Assembly (NCBI GenBank): GCA_963675915.1
Contig: OY780959.1
Coordinates: 2,430,001-2,462,000 of the forward strand
Origin: Coprobacillaceae bacterium
GTDB taxonomy: Bacteria > Bacillota_I > Bacilli_A > Erysipelotrichales > Coprobacillaceae
Length of the DNA: 32,000 nucleotides
Direction of reading: 5' to 3'
Part shown: positions 16,382-22,692 of the stretch, in pieces
Layout: every line of letters starts with the position of its first letter
Numbering within the stretch: the stretch's first letter is position 1
Notes under the pieces: generated by a model
What the model saw: only the letters and a program-made list of their open reading frames with translations
Database searches by the model: none
Told to the model about the DNA's origin: nothing
Position numbers and translations under genes: made by a program

Positions 16382-17314
16382 ATGAGTAATTTGATTTTTG
16401 CGCTGAATGCCACGATGCCGGTGTTCCTGTTAATCGTCGTCGGATATTTTCTTAAGCGAAGAAAAATCCTGAATGAAGGATTCATCCAGGCATCCAATAA
16501 ATTCAATTTCAATATTTCACTGCCGGTGTTGCTTTTCTTGCAAATGTGGGAGTGTGACTTGCAGGCTACTTTCGATTTGACATTTGTCCTGTATTGCGCC
16601 GGGGTCACGACAATAATGTTTTTCGGAATCTGGTTTATGGCCCGGAAACTGATCAGTGACCAGAAGTCGGTCGGGGCTTTTGTCCAGGCCAGTTACCGGT
16701 CTTCGGCAGCTGTTTTGGGAATTGCGTTGATTATGAATATGTACAATGATGCTTCTATGGCTCCGATGATGATAATCGGGGCGGTCCCTCTGTTCAATAT
16801 GTATGCAGTAATCGTCCTGTCGGTTGAAGGGGATCGTGATTTGAATCTCAAGGACACCTTTATCCATGTCCTGAAGAATCCGATTATTGTATCGATCTTC
16901 CTGGGTGTTGGGGCGTCATTGATATCACTGGAGGTACCGGTGATTCTGGTTTCAGCGATGGAAATGATTGCCAGAACAGCGACGCCGTTGGCCCTGATAA
17001 CCATTGGAGCGGCGTTTAGAGGAACCGAGGCAATTGCGAAAGTGCGGCTGAGTATTGCGGCCAGTGTTATCAAACTGGTGATTATTCCCGGGATTTTCCT
17101 TGGTATCGCGATGCTGTTCGATTTCACCGGAGCGATGATGGTGGCCCTGGTGGTTTTGCTTGGCGGTCCGGCAACCCCGAGCTGTTATGTCATGGCCAAC
17201 CAGTTGGGAAATGACGAGATTCTGAGTGCTTCGGTAATTGTGATAACCACGATGCTCTCGGCGATAACCCTGACATTCTGGATTTTCATGCTCCGGACGC
17301 TGGGTGCCCTGTGA
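16382..17314 (+). CDS. AEC (auxin efflux carrier) family permease
   Basis: MSNLIFALNATMPVFLLIVVGYFLKRRKILNEGF... is the typical AEC/Mem_trans N-terminus, with about 10 TM segments. The start is trimmed to the ATG at 16382 (GGGGGG SD 5 nt upstream). The longer ORF from 16349 begins inside the IS inverted repeat. Confidence 0.8.
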   Translation: MSNLIFALNATMPVFLLIVVGYFLKRRKILNEGFIQASNKFNFNISLPVLLFLQMWECDLQATFDLTFVLYCAGVTTIMFFGIWFMARKLISDQKSVGAFVQASYRSSAAVLGIALIMNMYNDASMAPMMIIGAVPLFNMYAVIVLSVEGDRDLNLKDTFIHVLKNPIIVSIFLGVGASLISLEVPVILVSAMEMIARTATPLALITIGAAFRGTEAIAKVRLSIAASVIKLVIIPGIFLGIAMLFDFTGAMMVALVVLLGGPATPSCYVMANQLGNDEILSASVIVITTMLSAITLTFWIFMLRTLGAL

Positions 17315-17399
17315 GTTAGTCTGATACCGATTGATTTGGACTTTAAAACAGTTGGGAATTATGCTAAAATTAATGGGCATGATTAAAACTGTTTTAGAA

Positions 17400-17476
17400 G
17401 TCCCCGTACCTCAGTAGGATAGAGGAACCGCCTCCTAAGCGGTCTGTCGCTGGTTCGATTCCAGTCGGGGACGCCA
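17400..17476 (+). tRNA. tRNA-Arg (anticodon CCU), CCA encoded
   Basis: Manual cloverleaf: acceptor GTCCCCG/CGGGGAC, D stem CCTC/GAGG, anticodon stem ACCGC/GCGGT with loop CT-CCT-AA, T stem GCTGG/CCAGT with TTCGATT loop, discriminator G and CCA. Total 77 nt. Confidence 0.9.
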
Positions 17477-17486
17477 TCATAAAAAC

Positions 17487-17520
17487 AAGCATCTTCACGA
17501 TAAGTCGGAAGATGCTTTTA
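17487..17520. terminator. Hairpin terminator between the tRNA (+) and the MBL hydrolase gene (-)
   Basis: AAGCATCTTC-11 nt-GAAGATGCTT. A T-run follows on both strands (TTTTA on the - strand after the stem). Confidence 0.6.
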
Positions 17521-17530
17521 TAGTGTTATT

Positions 17531-18331
17531 TTATAAATCGATTGACTCAAGGTCGTCGGGAACAAAGATATTCCCGCTAAAAAACCCCTGTGCTTCTTGA
17601 GTGTACAATTCTTTTCGGTTGGTCAAGTGGGTTTCTTCGGTGTGGTAAAGAACCAAGTTTTTGACTCTGTGTTCCTGGGCGAGAATTGCTGCATCTTTGG
17701 CAGTGGAATGGTGTTTTTCGTATGGTTTGAAAATTTCCCTTTCTTCGTAAAGGCAGAATGCTTCGTGCATCACGAAATAGGCATCGTCAAGAAGCGGTTC
17801 GATATGCGTTGCACAAGGTTCGTCACCAAGGCAGACCAGGCGGCCTTTTTCAAGATTCATGTGAAATCCAAACTGTTTGATTTTGGTCGACCCGATATCG
17901 AAGAAAGTGGTTTTTGTACCCAGAATATCGATTTCCTGATTGTCTTCGACAGCAATGATGAAGATTCTTTGATCCAGCAGTCCGATCAGTTTCTTGGTCA
18001 GGGTTGCTTTAACGATAGTCTCGATTGTCTGTTTGGCTTGGTCGTGGCAATAGATGTAAAAATTGCCATTGTACTTGGCTTGATTTATCTTCGTCCCGAT
18101 CATCCGGTAAATCCAAATCATTCCAAACAAGTGGTCGGTATGGGGGTGAGTTAAAATCGCGTGATGAATAGTTCCCAGCTCAATCTTGGCAAACTCGAGC
18201 TGTTTTAGAATCTGGTTTCCGCCCCCGCCGTCGACCAGGATATATTCATCTCCTTTTTTTAAAGTGAAGCAGGTGTTGTAACAATTGGTGACAGCCGCAT
18301 TTCCGGTGCCTAGCATAGTTATTTTTTTCAT
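17531..18331 (-). CDS. MBL-fold metallo-hydrolase
   Basis: The HxHxDH motif (LTHPHTDHLFG) is present, with downstream His/Asp ligands. Length is 266 aa and GGAGG lies upstream of the ATG. Confidence 0.8.
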   Translation of the reverse strand: MKKITMLGTGNAAVTNCYNTCFTLKKGDEYILVDGGGGNQILKQLEFAKIELGTIHHAILTHPHTDHLFGMIWIYRMIGTKINQAKYNGNFYIYCHDQAKQTIETIVKATLTKKLIGLLDQRIFIIAVEDNQEIDILGTKTTFFDIGSTKIKQFGFHMNLEKGRLVCLGDEPCATHIEPLLDDAYFVMHEAFCLYEEREIFKPYEKHHSTAKDAAILAQEHRVKNLVLYHTEETHLTNRKELYTQEAQGFFSGNIFVPDDLESIDL

Positions 18332-18358
18332 AAAGGTTCCTCCGTTTTCATTGGTTAG

Positions 18359-18387
18359 AGTATAACATTGTCAGTTTTTTTTGTCAC
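18359..18387 (-). promoter_or_regulatory. Putative extended -10 promoter of the MBL hydrolase gene (GTGACA-17-TGtTATACT on the - strand)
   Basis: The reverse complement of 18359..18387 reads GTGACA aaaaaaactgacaaTGt TATACT. Confidence 0.45.
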
Positions 18388-18646
18388 TTCTATTTCTAAC
18401 TTCGAAAAGCAAGTCCGGGACATCGGCTGAAACGGATGGAGAACTACCTGGCTGATTCTTGACTGACTTGATTATGTTTTGTAGTGATGGCGGATATTAT
18501 TGATAAGATATTTTTGGAATATTCGCTGAACTGTTCACTATATCCAAATCCGGAAAGATGAGCAGGGGATTTGTGAGGGCTCAAGTAATTTTAGTGAAAA
18601 GGGATAACTTTAGATTTTCAAAAGGGTAAATAACCTCAAGCTATTT

Positions 18647-18675
18647 TAGGTATAAAGAGATTTTAATGTTATAAT
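18647..18675 (+). promoter_or_regulatory. Putative extended -10 promoter of the SDR gene (TTAGGT-17-TGtTATAAT)
   Basis: TG lies at 18667..18668 and TATAAT at 18670..18675, 33 nt upstream of the ATG. Confidence 0.45.
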
Positions 18676-18707
18676 ACCTAAAAAGGAAATTCTTCGAGGT
18701 GATTTAA

Positions 18708-19457
18708 ATGGGATGGATAATGATAACTGGGGCCACCAGTGGAATCGGATATGAATTAGCTAAAAAGTATGCAAGTACCGGTCATGATTTGGTGATCGTA
18801 TCTGCGAATAAAGACAATCTTCTGGCAACTGAAAAGATGCTTAAGGAAAACTATCAGATTGAAATAAAGTCTTTTTGTCATAATCTGGCCCAAAAGGATG
18901 CGCCTGAGCTTTTGTTTCGGGCGGTCAAGTCAGCGGGAATTGAAATAGATATTCTAATCAACAATGCCGGAATCGGTCTGACGGGATCGACTGAGCAGAT
19001 TGCGCTTGCCTTGGATGAGGAAATGATGATGCTCAATGTCATTAATCTGGTAAAGTTGTGCAAACTGTTTGTGGGAGAGATGTATCAACGAGGTGGCGGT
19101 AAAATTTTGAATATCGCATCGACCGGTGCCTATCAGCCTGGACCGTACACCGCCAGCTATTTTGCTTCTAAAAGCTTTGTGCTCAATTACTCCAAGGCGA
19201 TCAGATATGAGGCAAAGGAAAAAGGGGTGCAGGTTTGCGTCTTGTCGCCGGGAACCACAAAAACCAATTTCTTTTCCCGCCAAAGCAGGAAGACTCCATT
19301 CAATGCCATGGAACCGGCCCGGGTGGCTCGGATTGCATATCGTCAGCTGGAACAGAACCGGGGAGAACTGGTTGTGGGATGGACGAATAAGTTGATGCTT
19401 TTTATCCCCGAACAGATCAAAATGGCGGTTATCGCCAAAATAAAGCGAGACCAATAA
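18708..19457 (+). CDS. SDR-family oxidoreductase (classical short-chain dehydrogenase)
   Basis: The cofactor motif TGATSGIG, NNAG and the catalytic S...YxxxK (YFASK) are present. Length is 249 aa. Confidence 0.85.
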   Translation: MGWIMITGATSGIGYELAKKYASTGHDLVIVSANKDNLLATEKMLKENYQIEIKSFCHNLAQKDAPELLFRAVKSAGIEIDILINNAGIGLTGSTEQIALALDEEMMMLNVINLVKLCKLFVGEMYQRGGGKILNIASTGAYQPGPYTASYFASKSFVLNYSKAIRYEAKEKGVQVCVLSPGTTKTNFFSRQSRKTPFNAMEPARVARIAYRQLEQNRGELVVGWTNKLMLFIPEQIKMAVIAKIKRDQ

Positions 19458-19597
19458 TTCAAAGCTGCTCCTGATAGCTCGGTCGTCAAAAAGTATTGCA
19501 ACTGAGTTACATCCTCTTGGATTGGTGAAATAACTAGCTCGATTTCCGGATTATCAATCGGGGTGAAAAATAAATTGATTATTTCAATTTTTTTCTC

Positions 19598-19628
19598 TTG
19601 ACTTAAAGTTGACTCGAACCCATATAAT
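19598..19628 (+). promoter_or_regulatory. Putative promoter of the DUF3737-patB operon (TTGACT-19-TATAAT)
   Basis: TTGACT lies at 19598..19603 and a consensus TATAAT at 19623..19628. The 19-nt spacer is suboptimal. A second TTGACT at 19609 is too close to the -10 box. Confidence 0.45.
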
Positions 19629-19893
19629 AGGCGTGCCTGTGTTTTACCTTATGGGAGATTGATGACCCGGGGGTGGAATGCTACAGAGAAATAACTGTTC
19701 TTGGTGCTCAAAAACGGGATCGGGGTTTTGCCTTATCACCTGTTGATAGGAATCGGCATTTACGAGTACAACAGTTTGTCAAAAAATACTCCTGATTGTG
19801 ACAAGATGTCCTGGTGGAGGGGTAAGAAGAATAATTATCAGAAAGGAAAGGCAGTCCGGTGGCACGGATTTGCAGGGTGAATTTTAACTAGAT
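19629..19893 (+). promoter_or_regulatory. Long (~260 nt) structured 5' leader of unknown class
   Basis: The distance from the putative -10 box to the ATG at 19894 is 265 nt. Several local hairpins are visible, for example CCTTATCAcctgtTGATAGG and GCAGTCCG-gtggca-CGGATTTGC just 5' of the SD-like AGGGTGA. I found no T-box or S-box core motifs. Confidence 0.4.
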
Positions 19894-20733
19894 ATGGAAA
19901 AAGTAGAAAATCAAGTATTAAAAGATGAAAGAGCGCTTTTCCAAAGCCGTGACCTTGAAGTTTCAGGGATGGTTTTTGAAGTTGGTGAATCGCCACTTAA
20001 AGAAAGTGCGAATATAAAAGTAGGTAACAGTATCTTTAGATGGAAGTATCCATTATGGTACTGCAAGAACGTCGATGTCAAAGATACGATATTATTGGAG
20101 ACTGCCCGTTCGGGAATATGGTATACTGATAATATCAAGATTGCTGATTCGGTTATCCAGGCGCCAAAAACATTTAGAAGATGCCATGGAGTGACTTTGG
20201 AAAATGTCAATATTCCCAATGCCGATGAAACATTCTGGAACTGCGACGGGATTCAAATGACTAACGTTGATGTCAATGGGGATTACTTCGGTTTCAATTC
20301 ACAGAACATCAAGGCTGATAATATTAAACTGACCGGTAACTACGGCTTTGATGGGGCTAAAAACATTGAAATCCGCAATTCTACGCTGATAACCAAAGAT
20401 GCTTTCTGGAACTGTGAAAATGTTGTTGTCTATGATTCATTCATCGTTGGAGAATACATTGGATGGAATTCCAAAAATGTGACTTTTATCAACTGTACCA
20501 TTGAAAGTCTCCAAGGTTTCTGTTACATGGATGAGTTGGTAATGAAAGACTGCAAGTTGATCAATACGACTTTGGCGTTTGAATATTCTTCGGTTGATGC
20601 GCAAATCAATTCGAGCATCGACAGTGTTATGAATCCAAAAAGCGGTAAAATCAAGGCCGAGGCAATCAAGGAGTTGATTCTTGATGAAACCAAGGTTGAT
20701 GTAAGCAAAACTACAATTGAAATGGGGGATTAA
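19894..20733 (+). CDS. DUF3737-like parallel beta-helix repeat protein
   Basis: The 279-aa protein has periodic ~22-aa repeats with N/D-h-x-h-x-N/D-C/S signatures (FWNCDGIQMTNVDV, FWNCENVVVYDSFI, INCTIES, MKDCKLINT). From memory this matches the DUF3737 family. Confidence 0.6.
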   Translation: MEKVENQVLKDERALFQSRDLEVSGMVFEVGESPLKESANIKVGNSIFRWKYPLWYCKNVDVKDTILLETARSGIWYTDNIKIADSVIQAPKTFRRCHGVTLENVNIPNADETFWNCDGIQMTNVDVNGDYFGFNSQNIKADNIKLTGNYGFDGAKNIEIRNSTLITKDAFWNCENVVVYDSFIVGEYIGWNSKNVTFINCTIESLQGFCYMDELVMKDCKLINTTLAFEYSSVDAQINSSIDSVMNPKSGKIKAEAIKELILDETKVDVSKTTIEMGD

Positions 20734-20734
20734 A

Positions 20735-21898
20735 TTGAAGTATGATTTTTCAGAAATGACAAATCGGTTTGGCACTAACTCTTATAAATGGGATGTCGAA
20801 CAGGATGAACTACCTATGTGGGTGGCTGACATGGATTTCAAGACCGCGCCGGAGATCGTTGCGGCAATCCAAAATAAAGTTGCTACCGGAATTTTTGGCT
20901 ACACAATCGTGCCGGATCAATGGTATGATGCCTATATCAAATGGTGGGACAGGATGCATGATTTCAAAATTGAAAAGGACTGGTTGATTTTCACTACCGG
21001 GGTTGTTCCGGCTATTTCCAGTACGGTTAGAAAACTGACCACCCCGGCCGAAAATGTGGTTATTCAAACGCCGGTATACAATATCTTCTTTAATTCGATT
21101 TTGAATAACGGTCGCAATGTTCTGGAAAACAAGTTGATATACGATGGTGAAGGTTATTCGATTGATTTTGAAGACCTTGAGGAAAAACTTGCCAATCCCC
21201 AGACGACATTGATGATTTTGTGCAACCCTCATAATCCGATTGGAAAAGTTTGGGATCGTGAAACTCTCGCTAAAATCGGGGAAATGGCGGCGAAAAACAA
21301 TGTTTTGGTGCTTTCGGATGAAATCCACTGTGACCTGGCTGAAAAGGGGCACGACTACATTCCGTTTGCTTCGGTTTCCAATACCTGCGCCAATAACAGT
21401 ATCACATGCATCGCTCCGACCAAGACATTTAATCTGGCCGGATTGCAGACTGCAGCTGCAGTAATACCGAACCCGGTGATCCGTCATAAGTTCAACCGGG
21501 GGATCAATACAGATGAGGTTGCCGAACCAAATGCTTTTGCAATGGAGGCGACAATCGCTGCCTTTGAACAGGGGGAGCAATGGCTGAGCCAGCTAAAAGA
21601 CTATCTTAAGGAAAACAAGACTACGGTTGCCAACTTCCTGGCCGAAAACCTGCCGGAATTGCACCTGGTCCCTTCAACTGCCACTTATCTGTTGTGGGTC
21701 GACTTTTCCAAGGTTAGTGATGATACTTCGGCCCTGTGTCGGGAAATAAGGGAAAATACCGGTTTATATCTTTCTCAGGGAGCATCGTTTGGGGAAAACG
21801 GGAAAACATTCATCAGAATCAATATCGCCTGCCCACGCGACAGGCTGATGGATGGATTGGACCGTCTAAAAACTGCGATTAACCAGTACGGTAAGTAG
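20735..21898 (+). CDS. patB: PatB/MalY-type PLP-dependent C-S lyase (cystathionine beta-lyase family aminotransferase)
   Basis: The N-terminus KYDFSEMTNRFGTNSYKWD is the PatB/MalY hallmark, and the class I/II aminotransferase core includes a TKTFNLAG lysine motif. I prefer the TTG at 20735 (GGGGGA 5 nt upstream), 1 nt after the upstream stop. Confidence 0.8.
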   Translation: MKYDFSEMTNRFGTNSYKWDVEQDELPMWVADMDFKTAPEIVAAIQNKVATGIFGYTIVPDQWYDAYIKWWDRMHDFKIEKDWLIFTTGVVPAISSTVRKLTTPAENVVIQTPVYNIFFNSILNNGRNVLENKLIYDGEGYSIDFEDLEEKLANPQTTLMILCNPHNPIGKVWDRETLAKIGEMAAKNNVLVLSDEIHCDLAEKGHDYIPFASVSNTCANNSITCIAPTKTFNLAGLQTAAAVIPNPVIRHKFNRGINTDEVAEPNAFAMEATIAAFEQGEQWLSQLKDYLKENKTTVANFLAENLPELHLVPSTATYLLWVDFSKVSDDTSALCREIRENTGLYLSQGASFGENGKTFIRINIACPRDRLMDGLDRLKTAINQYGK

Positions 21899-22044
21899 AC
21901 AATTTGCTCTACCTGGTTGAATTTTATTCCGGAAAATTTACAATTATAATTGATTAATGGATAAAATTTTGGTTTAATGTCATAAATGCAGGGATTATAA
22001 TTGAGAGACTTTCGTAGGAAATTTTGAATCAGGAGGATGGAGCT

Positions 22045-22659
22045 TTGAATAAGAATGATTTTTTTAAACGACTTGCTTTTAACATTGGCGGCGTAATTTT
22101 AATTGGGATTGGGATTGCCTGGATGCGGTTCGCGGATTTGGGGACTGATCCTTTTTCCAGCATGGTCCTTGGTATCGCCAATCTGCTTGGTACTTCGTTC
22201 TGGTATGCCCAGATGGGAGTGTTGGCATCATTGCTGCTGATAGTGGTATTTACCGATCGTTCATATATTGGGATTGGAACTTTGATCAACCTGGTCCTGC
22301 TGGGATTCTCATCGGATACTTTCCTGGCAATATTGGAAACTTTCCCGCTGCCAACCGGATTTGTCGGGAGTTTGGCTGAATTGATCATCGGGGTTCTTCT
22401 CATCTGTTATGGGGTTGCGATGTACATGCACGCCAGTTTGGGAATTGCTTCTTATGATGCCTTGGCGCCGATTATCGAGGCCAAAACCAATGGGAAACTT
22501 CCGTTTAGATGGGCCCGGATAATGACTGACGCTTTATGTATTGCAGTCGGGTTCACTCTTGGAAGCACGATTGGAATTGGAACGGCAATAATGGCTTTTT
22601 TCACCGGACCGGTGGTTGCTTTTTTCAATCGATTCTTCAAATCGGAAACTGATAGATAG
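22045..22659 (+). CDS. YczE-like integral membrane protein (COG2364-type)
   Basis: GIGIAWMRFADLGTDPFSSMVLGI is present with 6 predicted TM segments. I prefer the TTG at 22045, 7 nt after AGGAGGA. Confidence 0.6.
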   Translation: MNKNDFFKRLAFNIGGVILIGIGIAWMRFADLGTDPFSSMVLGIANLLGTSFWYAQMGVLASLLLIVVFTDRSYIGIGTLINLVLLGFSSDTFLAILETFPLPTGFVGSLAELIIGVLLICYGVAMYMHASLGIASYDALAPIIEAKTNGKLPFRWARIMTDALCIAVGFTLGSTIGIGTAIMAFFTGPVVAFFNRFFKSETDR

Positions 22660-22663
22660 AAAA

Positions 22664-22691
22664 GTTAAGGCTGATTGCCTTGACTTTTTTT
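22664..22691 (+). terminator. Intrinsic terminator of the yczE-like gene, also the homing motif of the group IIC intron
   Basis: GTTAAGGC-tgatt-GCCTTGAC followed by TTTTTTT. The intron 5' end lies 2 nt after the T-run. Confidence 0.75.
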
Positions 22692-22692
22692 G

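Noticed and set aside
16517-17380. Three overlapping minus-strand ORFs (116, 144 and 142 aa)
   Set aside because: All are antisense to the AEC permease gene. Their Arg/His/Gln-rich compositions are typical of reading a membrane-protein gene backwards.
17400-17530. tRNA-Arg(CCU) as the attachment site of an integrated element
   Set aside because: There is no integrase gene nearby, and I saw no direct repeat of the tRNA 3' end downstream. The flanking genes are ordinary metabolic genes.
17597-18154. 185-aa plus-strand ORF
   Set aside because: It is antisense to the MBL-fold hydrolase gene, which has clear HxHxDH motifs. It has no independent signals.
19629-19893. Leader as an S-box (SAM-I), T-box, cobalamin or c-di-AMP (ydaO) riboswitch
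   Set aside because: The core motifs are absent: no GAGGGA/GCAACC, no GGTGGNACCGCG, no B12 box and no CAGCTAACCTCGTAAGC-like element. The GGGTG(G)AAT similarities are too short. It is kept as an unknown-class leader instead.
20810-21580. 256-aa ORF on the minus strand
   Set aside because: It is entirely antisense to the well-supported patB/MalY gene, is Arg/Ser/Phe-rich with low complexity, and has no SD or recognisable motifs. It is a typical shadow ORF.
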